Below are positions 1 to 10,349 of a stretch of DNA of 64,000 bases, piece after piece (position 1 is the first letter of the stretch; each line of letters starts with the position of its first letter). The translations under genes were made by a program, and so were the position numbers. This stretch comes from Promethearchaeota archaeon (GTDB taxonomy: Archaea > Asgardarchaeota > Lokiarchaeia > Sigyniarchaeales > SOKP01): contig JAEOUA010000011.1 of assembly GCA_016839555.1 (NCBI GenBank), forward strand, positions 64,001-128,000, read 5' to 3'. The notes below the pieces were generated by a model, which saw only the letters and a program-made list of their open reading frames with translations, was not told the origin of the DNA and did not search any database.

Positions 1-179
1 TGCACTTTTTCAAGAATATGCATCTTAATTTAAGATAATATGGGAAAGTTTAACTTCTTTCACTTTTGACTTTTTCCTTACTTTTTAAAAAAATTTTAAA
101 AGAAAATTTTATTTTTCTATGTAAGTTATAAAAAATTTATTAGATTTTTAGTTAAATATTAAAGGATGTAGTTTTTAAG

Positions 180-434
180 ATGTCAGATAATAAAGAGTCA
201 ACAGGCTTCGTAAAGTGGTTTGATGCTCGCAAAGGCTATGGTTTTATCCAAGTTTCTGACGGAGAAAATGATGAAGATGATGTGTTTGTTCATTTCTCAA
301 ACATCGAGATGGAAGGCTTTAAAAAGCTCGATATGGGGGATGAAGTAAAATTCATATTGAAAAAGAATGAAGATAATGATAAAGGACCTGAAGCTTTAAA
401 CGTGAGAGTAGTCGCAAAAGACCGACGATTTTAA
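180..434 (+). CDS. cspA: Cold-shock domain protein
   Basis: GFVKWFDARKGYGFI (RNP1) and DVFVHFS (RNP2) motifs, plus KGPEALNV. Confidence 0.95.
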   Translation: MSDNKESTGFVKWFDARKGYGFIQVSDGENDEDDVFVHFSNIEMEGFKKLDMGDEVKFILKKNEDNDKGPEALNVRVVAKDRRF

Positions 435-515
435 AAATATTTTCAATAATTTTGATTTTTATCTACTTATCTTTCTTTTTATATAATCTTGTTTATTTCT
501 TTATTTTGAAAGGTA

Positions 516-1864
516 TTAATAAGTATCTTCCCATCTAAAATCCAAAGTGACAAAATTTTTTGTGTAAAAATAACAAATAAGAAATACTATAGACGCTATG
601 GGGCCCCATAATACCATCCCAATCGAATTTAGGGAATTATAATTAATGGGGATTGAAAGAATAATACCAATCAAAAAAATCCCAAAAGCTTGAAATAGGT
701 TGATAATAATAGAAGGAAAACCCGCATAAATACCCGCTCTTAATTCTCCGGTTTCTTTTTGGTCATTTTCGGCTATATCAGCATAAAGTATGTATGGAAA
801 TAGATACCAGCCCGCAATTATAGTGGCTATCCCAACTATAAAGATAATTCCGAGAAATAGATAATTACCCAAAGGAATTATTGCTAATAATATAATCGGG
901 AGAAAAGCTGCACCAATCAGAAATAGATATAAAAGTGTTTTTTTTTTACCGAATCTATCTATGGCAATCCTCCAAATATGCAAAAATAGAAAAATAGCTA
1001 ATAATAAGAATATTGAAATCACCATATAATCAGCTCCTCTTAAATGTAAGGCTTCTTCTGCATACTTTAACATTGTATTAGTGATCATTGTTAACCCTAA
1101 CCCTACAATACCCATCATTAAAGCTATTAACATATAATTTTTATTTTTTAATATTTTTTCCAGATTTTCTTTCATATTTGATTTTATTTTATGCTGAGGT
1201 TCAGTTGGTAGAAATATAACAACTAAATAAAAAAAATAACAGTAAACACTCCAAATAAAGCAACCGGTAAAGAATATGTTAATGAAACTGGAGCATTGAT
1301 ATAAAACTGTAATCTAACAATATATTCGGTTAAAATCAATAGTGAAAAAACAGCCACAATTATATTACCAATATAATTAAAAGAATTTTGAATTTGTGAA
1401 ATTTTCGGTCGTTCCTTTACTAAAAAGAGCTCAGCCATCCAAGCTTGATAGGGAGTTGTAACTGCATAACTAGCCCTAAAAACAATATCCCACAGTAATT
1501 ACCAAAAAAATAATATATCCTTATTCCTTAAATCTTTTATAAATTGTGCAGGTAATAACAGAAAAACAATAGATATTCCCAAGAAAGGAGCAAAGAGGAG
1601 TATATATGGTTTTCTTCTTCCTAATTTGGTATATTTTCGATCACTAATCCATCCCAATAAAAATTGGGAAGCCGCAATTGTTAAATATCCTATGGCAAGA
1701 GCAATAGCGGCTCGAAAAGAATCTAAACCATAACCGGTAGTATAAAGAGTAAATAAAGCCCAACTTTCAATTCCAAGTATTGTTGATGTTCCCAAGCGGG
1801 GTAAACAAAATAAAAAGCGTTCTCCGATCCCAGTTTTCTCTTGAATGGATTCAATTAAATTCAA
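516..1864 (-). pseudogene. GPH/MFS_2-family sugar-cation symporter, disrupted
   Basis: Three ORF pieces join into one protein. An in-frame TAA at 1499-1501 gives ...ILFFW*LLWDIVFRASYAVTTPYQAWMAELF, and there is a frameshift in an 8-T run near 1229-1236. Motifs GWISDR-x-TKLGRRKPY and YADIAEND-x-TGELRAGIYAG. Confidence 0.8.
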
Positions 1865-2105
1865 ATAAATTCTCCGAAATAATCGTTAAAATTTAAAGTA
1901 AATGATTAATATTTTTTTAAAAAAGATTTTGCTTTAAACAATTATTTTAATGTTAAACCTTATTTAAATTTTCAAATATAACCTCTATATGCAACTAGAC
2001 TAGAAATCTCATTATTTAATTTAATAATATTTACTCGATAACTAAAAATTGAGGTTAAAAATTAGAGAATGAGTATAGTGGAAATAAATTTCATTTTTAT
2101 ATTAA

Positions 2106-3116
2106 TTATTCTTCTTCTTCCTCATCCCAACCAAGTTCTTTTAAAACGGCGTCTAGTGACTCAGATTCTTCTTCCAGGATAAAATCAGTATCATACTCTT
2201 TTGCTATTTGAGAGTCGAAATCAGGTGGTGTTAATTCCTCTAATGAAGGTAATTCTTCGGATGATAGAGGCTCTTGTGTTTCTGAGCTGAAAGGCGCTTG
2301 GGCTTTGATAGGTGGTGTAGTTTTGATCTTTTCTTCTATAGAAGGTTCTTCTCCCACTTCCATAGGTTCATAATCATCAAGAGGGACAGGTGGAATTTCA
2401 TCTTCATATACGGGAAATTTTCTCAAGAGAGAGGGTTCTATTGTTTCCATTTTAGCTTCAGTAGGCATAGTCTCTATTGGCTTTATGGTTTCTCCTGGGA
2501 TTGATACTATATTTTGCTCATTTTTTGGTTGGAATTGATCTTCATCAAGTCCTTCCTTCTCCCATTTATCTAGAAATCCTAATAAACCATCTAAAGCTTC
2601 TTTATCTTGTTCAACTGATGGTTTAGCAATAAATTGTTCTTTTTTTTGCTCCTCTTCTTCCTTTTCTTTCTGCTTTCGAATTTTTTCTAATTCTTCCTCT
2701 TCTAAAGATAAGGTCATTTCTGTAAGTTCTCCGCCAGAAATGATATAATTTAATTTTCTGCTTAATTCTCTGAGATATCCTAAATAATATCCTATTCTAT
2801 ACATTGCGTTTAATGCGCCAAAAATAATATATTCGTCATTAATTGCCATTAAAATACTATATCCTGATTTATTATGAAGAATAATTTCCTTCAGAGAACC
2901 ATGATTGGTTGATTCACTTAATCTAAGCCCTAAATCGATTAAGGCTGTACTTGACGCAGAAGTAGCATCAGCATTGAGTTCTATTGAGTCCGCACTCGAT
3001 ACCTTCATACCAACTCGGGATAATACCGATAAATTGTCTAAATCCGTGGCTTCTTCTTCTTCTTTTAAAAGATCTCGTATTTTTATTCGTATTTCTTCCT
3101 CTAAAGAAGCTGACAT
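2106..3116 (-). CDS. Roadblock/LC7 (LAMTOR/MglB-like) domain protein with a long acidic, Pro-rich C-terminal tail
   Basis: The first ~125 aa show the roadblock pattern (SVLSRVGMKVSS...ATSASSTALIDLG...LKEIILHNKSGYSILMAI...RIGYYLGYLRELSRKL); the rest is E/P-rich. Confidence 0.75.
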   Translation of the reverse strand: MSASLEEEIRIKIRDLLKEEEEATDLDNLSVLSRVGMKVSSADSIELNADATSASSTALIDLGLRLSESTNHGSLKEIILHNKSGYSILMAINDEYIIFGALNAMYRIGYYLGYLRELSRKLNYIISGGELTEMTLSLEEEELEKIRKQKEKEEEEQKKEQFIAKPSVEQDKEALDGLLGFLDKWEKEGLDEDQFQPKNEQNIVSIPGETIKPIETMPTEAKMETIEPSLLRKFPVYEDEIPPVPLDDYEPMEVGEEPSIEEKIKTTPPIKAQAPFSSETQEPLSSEELPSLEELTPPDFDSQIAKEYDTDFILEEESESLDAVLKELGWDEEEEE

Positions 3117-3256
3117 CTCTTTTTATTTAAAATTATTTTAAGATTATTTTGTAAATATATTCAAAAATTACATAAAATGCCAATTTAAAAAAATTTACTA
3201 TTTTGGGTTACTAATGAAATTAAGATTACATTTTACTTATAATTATTCGGTTGAAT

Positions 3257-3994
3257 TTACAAAAATTTATTAATTTTGGTTTGCTCCTCCGATTTTTGTC
3301 CAGCTAATTTCTCATCTGTTAATTTTTGCTTAAAAGAATACCCTGTAAAATTTTCGATCAAGTCTTTTACTTGCTCCAAAACTTTATACGGAGTGAGATG
3401 ACTTGTATCTATTTGAAAAATTCTATCTCTATTTTCCTCTGTGAAGAGGATTTGATTATAGAAAGATAATACGTTTTTTAAATAATCTTTTTCAAATTCA
3501 TTCCAGCGTTTTCTCTGCTTCTCTAAAGAACCACGTTTTATTGTACGTTTTATTATAATTTCTGGGTCAGCTGTGAGATAGATGATCTTATCTTCTCTCC
3601 ATTTGACAGAATTATAGGTATCTAAAATCAATTGATAATCCTTTTCTTTGAGAAATAGAGCTTTTGAATATACTAAAACACAAAGGGGCGTCCTATCTAA
3701 AACTACTATACGTCCATTATATCTATTATCAAAATTCCATATATTTTTGTTTCTTTTTATTAATTGCTGGAGAAAATGAATTTCCGAGCGAAATGCAATC
3801 TGTTTATTTCTTGATCCCAGAGGAAATGGTGGTTTTTTTACATATCGTTCTGGAAAAAACTTAAATTTAGGATTATCTTCGGTTTCATTTTTTAATAAGT
3901 AAAAGATTGTGGTTTTTCCTACTCCATGCGCTCCTGAAATTGAGAAGACTATATTATCCTTGCTTCCTTTATTTCTATATTTTGTTCTAACCAC
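3257..3994 (-). CDS. Deoxynucleoside/thymidylate kinase-family P-loop kinase
   Basis: ISGAHGVGKTT, FFPE, VVLDRT and IIYLTADPEIIIKR...RG motifs; GTG start after GGAG. Confidence 0.8.
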   Translation of the reverse strand: MVRTKYRNKGSKDNIVFSISGAHGVGKTTIFYLLKNETEDNPKFKFFPERYVKKPPFPLGSRNKQIAFRSEIHFLQQLIKRNKNIWNFDNRYNGRIVVLDRTPLCVLVYSKALFLKEKDYQLILDTYNSVKWREDKIIYLTADPEIIIKRTIKRGSLEKQRKRWNEFEKDYLKNVLSFYNQILFTEENRDRIFQIDTSHLTPYKVLEQVKDLIENFTGYSFKQKLTDEKLAGQKSEEQTKINKFL

Positions 3995-4210
3995 GCTAGT
4001 AAACTCCTATTTCCAAAATTTTTTATTTTTTTACATTCAAATCCATTTATCTTATGAATTTTTTTCCAGATAATCTAAATTATTAATTTAATAATTTTTT
4101 ATTTTAATGTGAAATAGTAAATTTAATATATATTTAATAAATATATCCGAAATGGTATCTAAAAATTAAAACACGCACTTATATTACTAAAATTTCAAAA
4201 ATATAAAAAA

Positions 4211-5290
4211 TTAAAGTATTAATAGAATAATCAAGCTTGAGACATTATAAATTAAAGAGGCAATTATGGGGCATATCAAATTTCCTTTTCCCGCCTCATA
4301 AATAATCCCCAGAATAAGAGCGAGTAGAAAATATATAGGAAAAAATAATAATCCTATGGGAAAAGAAAGTACCGCATATATTCCCGAATAAGCTAATGCA
4401 ACAATTAAAATTACAAAGAGTTTATTTTTTATATCATAACCAAATCTCTCTTTTAGAGCGTTATGTAAGGTTCCTCTAAACAAGATTTCTGATGAAATAG
4501 ATGCAAAACAAATCATTATGGTAAGAATTATGAACCAATGTAATTCAGCATTATTAATGATTAAAGAATTCATCAAAATTGGTGTAATATCAAAAAAATT
4601 TTCTAATCCAAGGTCTAACATAGCGTTAATTAAAAATTCTGAAAAGATATCAAAAAATATTAACCCAACCCCTCCCGCGATCCCGATTATAAGGGCAATT
4701 ATCAAATTTTTTTTAGTAAAATCAAATCCAAGTTTTTTATAACTATGACGATTTGTATTTATATACCATATGGGGTATAATCCAAGAAGAATCTCGGGCA
4801 ATTGACCAATTATTATACTTAAAATATTTTGTTCTGGCAAAATAAATAATGTAATAAGCAACATAGTAGTAATATAAACTAATAAACTAGTTGTAAATAC
4901 CGATGTTCCTTCTTTTAAATTCCATTTATCCCTTTTTAATATATGTTCTTCTTCTGGTTCAAGTTTCTTGTCAGTAAATATAAAACCCGATTTTGTCGGG
5001 GAAGTATATTCTTCAAAGGGTGGCAATTCTTCTAATTCATTATTGCATATCGGACATTGTTTTAGAATAGGTGATTTTATTAATGCTCCGCAATTTGAAC
5101 ATTTTCTAACTGGAACTTCCTTCCTTTTTGTCACAATAGGAGCTGGCTCCCTTTTTTTATCTTTCAGATGTAAGGGTTCTTTTACTACCAATTTGCCGCA
5201 ATTTGGGCAATATACTTCTCCAAATTTGACTTTTGCACCACAATACACACAATATTTTACTAATCGATCATCTTGTTCTTCTTCGGGCAT
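4211..5290 (-). CDS. Double zinc-ribbon protein fused to a CPBP/Abi (CAAX protease-like) membrane domain
   Basis: Four CxxC pairs at the N-terminus; multi-TM C-terminus with SEILFRG and YE..GNL.CPII motifs. Confidence 0.75.
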   Translation of the reverse strand: MPEEEQDDRLVKYCVYCGAKVKFGEVYCPNCGKLVVKEPLHLKDKKREPAPIVTKRKEVPVRKCSNCGALIKSPILKQCPICNNELEELPPFEEYTSPTKSGFIFTDKKLEPEEEHILKRDKWNLKEGTSVFTTSLLVYITTMLLITLFILPEQNILSIIIGQLPEILLGLYPIWYINTNRHSYKKLGFDFTKKNLIIALIIGIAGGVGLIFFDIFSEFLINAMLDLGLENFFDITPILMNSLIINNAELHWFIILTIMICFASISSEILFRGTLHNALKERFGYDIKNKLFVILIVALAYSGIYAVLSFPIGLLFFPIYFLLALILGIIYEAGKGNLICPIIASLIYNVSSLIILLIL

Positions 5291-5393
5291 GATATTCTAT
5301 GATGAATGAATAAGTTTAATATTAAATAATTTATCATAATAAATCTAAATTACATAGTTTATTATAATAATTTAATAATAAGGAACATTAATT

Positions 5394-6554
5394 TTGTTGA
5401 ATATGAAAAGTGAAGAACGGGTTAAAAGAGCATTTCATTTTAATAATCCAGACAGAGTTCCTTTATCATGCTTAACTTTAAAAACCGATTTTTTTCCCGT
5501 GAGTATTTATCCCCCAAAATCATGGCAACCTATAAAATATCCTCCTCATGTCCAAGGAGGTGTAGATTCAATTTCAAAGCTATTTTATCGCCTGGTTATT
5601 TATAAATGGAAACAGAAATATAGAAAAAAAGCAAGTTATCCACGAAAATGGTGGGAATTCCCCCATAAAAGTATCGATGAGTGGAAAAATATTTGGAGAT
5701 CATCTGGTACTAAATCTAACGATATTACAAAGGGACACCCTTTACATGGACCATTACAAGATAATTGGGATTTCCTCGAAGAATTTAACATTCCTGATGT
5801 TTCAAATGAAAAACGATATAGAATCTTAAAAATGGGAATATGGAAATTCTTAGGAAGAAATAGATATACAGTAGGTGAGCTCCAACCAAATGGATTTTTC
5901 GCCTTATGCTCACAGATTAGGGGATTTAGTAATTTTTTAGTAGATTTAGCACGCAAGCCTAAGCAAGTTGAACAATTAATAAACAAAATTTTACCATATT
6001 TCTTCACTCTAATAAGAAAATACAAAGAGTATTATCCTTCTCTTAATAGCGTAATTATAGCTGATGATATGGGTACGCAAAAATCTCCGTTTATGAGTCC
6101 CGCTATTTTTAGAAAATTATTAAAAGAGCCTTATAAAAAAATAATAGATTTAACGCATGATTTAGAAATGGATTTTATATTGCATTCATGTGGAGATATT
6201 TTTCAACTAATGCCAGATATGATTGACGCAGGAGTGGATGTGTTTGAATTTGATAGTCCTCATATGGTTGGAGTGGAAAACTTCAAACAATTCGCTAGGC
6301 AAAAACAAGTTGCTTTCTGGTTATCTTCAAATATTCAGAGTACTTATACCTTAGGAACTCCAAAAGATGTAGAGAAGGAAATTAAGTATTATATAAAAGA
6401 AGTTGGAAATAATAACGGAGGATTGGCTATTTATGAATATATGTCTAATAAAGCGTTAAGAACACCTAAAGAAAACATAATTGCTCAGCGGGAAGCTGTC
6501 GAAAAATGGGGAAATTACAATGATGATAATAAAATTGATTGGATTGAAAATTAA
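5394..6554 (+). CDS. Uroporphyrinogen decarboxylase / MtaA-CmuA methyltransferase-family TIM barrel
   Basis: MKSEERV...PDRVP, DEW, IRGF, ADDMGTQ, LHSCG, GTPKDV motifs; the ATG at 5403 is the likelier start. Confidence 0.85.
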   Translation: MLNMKSEERVKRAFHFNNPDRVPLSCLTLKTDFFPVSIYPPKSWQPIKYPPHVQGGVDSISKLFYRLVIYKWKQKYRKKASYPRKWWEFPHKSIDEWKNIWRSSGTKSNDITKGHPLHGPLQDNWDFLEEFNIPDVSNEKRYRILKMGIWKFLGRNRYTVGELQPNGFFALCSQIRGFSNFLVDLARKPKQVEQLINKILPYFFTLIRKYKEYYPSLNSVIIADDMGTQKSPFMSPAIFRKLLKEPYKKIIDLTHDLEMDFILHSCGDIFQLMPDMIDAGVDVFEFDSPHMVGVENFKQFARQKQVAFWLSSNIQSTYTLGTPKDVEKEIKYYIKEVGNNNGGLAIYEYMSNKALRTPKENIIAQREAVEKWGNYNDDNKIDWIEN

Positions 6555-6671
6555 TAACACAGAAAGACCTTCTTTTTTTCTTAAATAAAATAGTAATAAT
6601 TATAATCTAAAATATTAAAATTATAATAACAACATAATATTATTAAGATATATCTTCAAAATATTTGAAAT

Positions 6672-7865
6672 ATGAATTCAAAAGAGCTTGTTAAAGCAGC
6701 ACTTTATTTTAATAAACCTGAAAGAGTTCCTCTCTTCTATGATGTAAGAGGTGATATTTGCCCTTTATTAACTCAATATTCAGAAGATTGGACCCCCGGA
6801 TGGAATGAAGGTGAAGAAAATCTATTTCCTCATGTACGAGTGGGCTATAATTGGGATAAGCCTCCTTGGGCAAAAAAAAACCCTGAATATGAGGATAATA
6901 AATGGAAATCCATCCCTCATGAAGAAATAGATGAATGGGGATGTATTTGGAATTTAAGAGGTAACGATAAGAATATGGGGCATCCTGGAAGGGCGCCTAT
7001 AAATGATTGGAAAGAATATGACGAGTTTATCGAAATATATAATCCAGATCCAATGGATAAAAGCCGTTATGACTTTGCGTTAGAATTAAAAAAATCATTT
7101 GGCAAAGATCGATATAGAATGGTCGTTATTGCTGATTTTGGTCCTTTTCAGAGAGCTTCAACTATTCGGGGATTTTCTAAGTTCCTAATAGACCATAGAA
7201 AGAATCCAGAAATGGTAAAGAGATCATTACAAAGAGAAACTGAGTGGCATGTTCAAGCAATGAAAGCTTGCTACAAATATGGGCTAGAGCCCCACGGTTT
7301 TTGGATTGTAGATGACTTAGGAGAGCAAACAGGTCCATTTTTCAGTCCAAAAATATTCAAGCAATTCTATAAAGACGTATATAAAACATTATGCGATGAG
7401 GCTCATCAATTAGGTGCGGAAGTACATTTACATTGCTGCGGAAAGGTAGATCTTCTATTACCATCATTAATAGAATGGGGATTAGACGCTATTGAGTTTG
7501 ACAGTCCCAGAATGAGTGGGTATCCAGATCTAAGAAAGTTTAGAGGCAAAATAATGTTTTGGGGATGCGTGAATATACAATCCATTTATACCAAAGGAAC
7601 GCCCGAGGAAGTAGAAAGGGAAGTCTGGCACATGGTTCGCAATCTTGGAACCAAGGATGGAGGATTTGGAGCCTATTTTTATCCTACTCCCACTGATCTA
7701 AATACGCCTAAGATAAATATTAAAGCGTTTCAAAAAGGTCTTAAAAACTATGGAGATTATTCTAAAATACCAGAAGAGTGGTGGGAATATCCTTTGCCAG
7801 ATGGATGGGATGATTTTACCGTGCCTTTACTTCCTCCCACACCATTATTAAGCAAAAAAAATTGA
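6672..7865 (+). CDS. Uroporphyrinogen decarboxylase-family protein (paralog of the upstream gene)
   Basis: PERVP, DEWGCIW, IRGF, DDLGEQ, LHCCG, EFDSP, GTPEEVE. Confidence 0.85.
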   Translation: MNSKELVKAALYFNKPERVPLFYDVRGDICPLLTQYSEDWTPGWNEGEENLFPHVRVGYNWDKPPWAKKNPEYEDNKWKSIPHEEIDEWGCIWNLRGNDKNMGHPGRAPINDWKEYDEFIEIYNPDPMDKSRYDFALELKKSFGKDRYRMVVIADFGPFQRASTIRGFSKFLIDHRKNPEMVKRSLQRETEWHVQAMKACYKYGLEPHGFWIVDDLGEQTGPFFSPKIFKQFYKDVYKTLCDEAHQLGAEVHLHCCGKVDLLLPSLIEWGLDAIEFDSPRMSGYPDLRKFRGKIMFWGCVNIQSIYTKGTPEEVEREVWHMVRNLGTKDGGFGAYFYPTPTDLNTPKINIKAFQKGLKNYGDYSKIPEEWWEYPLPDGWDDFTVPLLPPTPLLSKKN

Positions 7866-7959
7866 TTGACATTATATTTTGGGGATATATTCTAATTAAT
7901 CAAATTTCATAGGAGATATAAATAAATCAAATGGAAAAACACAAAAAAGGGTTGAAAAA

Positions 7960-8574
7960 ATGAATAAAACTATAAAGGGAATACCAATATATCTTATATT
8001 TGCGATATTAGCGAATATTTTCTATTATGGTTTTTTAATACCAGCTGCATTTTTATATCCTGGATATTCACCCTTTCTATACACAGTTTCCGCATTAGGA
8101 AATACCGAGAAAAATCCTAATGCTTGGTTTCTTTTCAGTATTTCATTGATTTTGATTGGAATCGTATTAGTTCCATATTTTTTTGACATGAAAAAATGGT
8201 ATGAGACTCAACCAAATTTCAAAAAATTCATAATAGCTATTCAAATAATCGGATATTTCAATAGTTTCTCTTTGATAATGATAGCAATTTTTCCAACCAA
8301 TACAGCTTCTGACTTACATAGCTTTTGGAGCATAATGAATTTCTTTTGTATAGAATTGATAATAATACTCGTTGTTATCGGCTTAAGAAAGCATCCCTCT
8401 TATTGGAAGCGTATTTCTATAATTGCAGCGGTGGATTTTGTGCTTTGCGCAACATATCTTACCTTACTTCGAGTTTATAGAGCAATTGCGACCATATTTG
8501 AATGGTTAACTTTCATATTCGCTTTAGGCATTATATTATTAATTGCTATAAACATGTATAAAAAAGGATTATAA
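7960..8574 (+). CDS. DUF998-like membrane protein
   Basis: YPGYS...TVSALG, IFP...LH and FEW motifs; about 6 TM helices. Confidence 0.7.
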   Translation: MNKTIKGIPIYLIFAILANIFYYGFLIPAAFLYPGYSPFLYTVSALGNTEKNPNAWFLFSISLILIGIVLVPYFFDMKKWYETQPNFKKFIIAIQIIGYFNSFSLIMIAIFPTNTASDLHSFWSIMNFFCIELIIILVVIGLRKHPSYWKRISIIAAVDFVLCATYLTLLRVYRAIATIFEWLTFIFALGIILLIAINMYKKGL

Positions 8575-8869
8575 GACTAAGCTTTTTTTTCTTCAAGTTT
8601 AGTGGAATTATGTAGATTTCAATAAATCTCAATGAATCAAAGTTTTGAAATAACAACTAATTTTATTTAAAATTTTTTTAAAAATTAACATATTTTTGGA
8701 TATCTGGTTTTCTAAATAAACCATTGTCTTTTAATTTAAAAATATTGTTTCAATAATAAGGGTTTGGTTGATCTCACCAACTTAGTTATTGGTTTCATAT
8801 TATAATAATGAAATCTTGGTTGAATAAATTTTTTTTTATGGAAAAGAGATAATTAGACAAAAAACATTA

Positions 8870-10195
8870 TTATTTATACTTTTCATTTTTTCGACTGACA
8901 TTATACATTTCCATTAATAATAATCCATGATAGTAAGAAATAGAATCAAAAAATCCATCACCTTCGTTTATTCCTGCATATACTAACGCTAATTGAGCAT
9001 TTAAGGCAGCTTTTATGAGTAACTCCATTCCTTTATAGATTAAGTTTGGGCTCCACGTACCTTGATAAGGGTTCGCCCACCAGACAGGACATGAATGAAG
9101 AGCTCTATCATAAAACCATCGTGCTGCTTTGTAATGATTTTCCACTTTCCAATTTTGCGTTAAATCAAGGTTATCTGCTAAATTCATTAATTTGTTTAGA
9201 CTTTTCATGGCTTTCCAATAAAATACATGAATATCATTTTCTGGGTGTTTCCATAAGGGATAATAAACATTGCATTCTAAATCTTTAGATGAGGTGCTCC
9301 AACTTGAGGATATGGGAATAATTTTTTCCTCTGCTATAGGAAAGTAATTTTCCAAATTGGACATAAATTCAATTTCTATAGAATCAAGCTCTAGCCTATC
9401 ATTCTCAAGCTCATTACTATTAATTTGATTATGAGGCTCAAAATTAGGTGAAATATTATTAATTACTCCTTCTTGAATTAGATCTAAGGCTTTTCCAATG
9501 AATGTTTTTTCATAATTCTTTATATGCCACCCAAAAGTCTCTCCGTCCATTGCTGTTATAATATACGTATCATTTTTGTTCTTATCTTTCTCATTTTTAT
9601 GCAGGAGTCCTATTTCAATCAAAAATTTTTTTGCTGTTATTTTTTTGAAAGAAATTTTGTTACTTAAGATATCATCCCGAAAAAATAATTTCAAACCATG
9701 TGGAGAGGTATAGATTTTATCATAAAACCATGATTTAGGACATGCGATACCACTCATAATTAACCATTGATATCCTAATTCTCTAACGATTTTTCCCACA
9801 TTTGGAGATATGGCTAATTCAGGAGGAAAAAATCCTGTTTTTTTCCAATGATCTCCAAATACCATCCGATTTAGTTCTTCATTTAATTGAATTTGATGTA
9901 AGATTTCTTTTTCAGGGATTAAAGGTAAAATGGGATGAAATTTTGCAGTTCCTAAGATCTCAACTTTGTTTTCCGAATTCAAGTTTTGTAATAGTTCAAT
10001 TGTATCAGACATACCATATTCATTAAGTAGTTCAATAAGGACGCCATTTATATTTATACTGAATTTGGCGTTATCATATTTTTCTATTACTTCAAATAAT
10101 GGTTTATAACATTCACGATTGATTTTTCTTAATACTTCAACTTCTTGAGTGGGTGGTTGATATAAATGGAGTAAGGGAGCCCAATAAGTGGTCAT
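8870..10195 (-). CDS. Glycoside hydrolase family 57
   Basis: HLYQP, HPILPL, FFPPELA (nucleophile), DGETFGWH (acid/base), HSC.WW. Confidence 0.9.
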   Translation of the reverse strand: MTTYWAPLLHLYQPPTQEVEVLRKINRECYKPLFEVIEKYDNAKFSININGVLIELLNEYGMSDTIELLQNLNSENKVEILGTAKFHPILPLIPEKEILHQIQLNEELNRMVFGDHWKKTGFFPPELAISPNVGKIVRELGYQWLIMSGIACPKSWFYDKIYTSPHGLKLFFRDDILSNKISFKKITAKKFLIEIGLLHKNEKDKNKNDTYIITAMDGETFGWHIKNYEKTFIGKALDLIQEGVINNISPNFEPHNQINSNELENDRLELDSIEIEFMSNLENYFPIAEEKIIPISSSWSTSSKDLECNVYYPLWKHPENDIHVFYWKAMKSLNKLMNLADNLDLTQNWKVENHYKAARWFYDRALHSCPVWWANPYQGTWSPNLIYKGMELLIKAALNAQLALVYAGINEGDGFFDSISYYHGLLLMEMYNVSRKNEKYK

Positions 10196-10349
10196 AGTAA
10201 TTTCTATTAATTCTTTTAATTTTCTATTATAATTGTTTCTAAATTTTCTATTTAGAAAATATATTTTTTAAGTATTTCAAAGAATCATAGATTTTAAATA
10301 TATTCGCGCATATTAAAAACTCAATTAATTAAAAAGGGGAATAAACAAT

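Noticed and set aside
180-434. Bacterial-type CspA as evidence of contamination or a chimeric contig
   Set aside because: Csp genes occur in several archaeal groups, and the neighbouring genes and composition match the rest of the window.
1499-1501. Possible stop-codon readthrough or recoding in the MFS gene
   Set aside because: The codon is TAA, which ends many genes in this window, and the gene also has a separate frameshift.
6572-6590. TTTTTTTCTTAAATA resembling the island promoter element
   Set aside because: It lies right after the 6554 stop and has a weaker TATA; more simply an oligo-T terminator. It does show that the motif needs a statistical background test.
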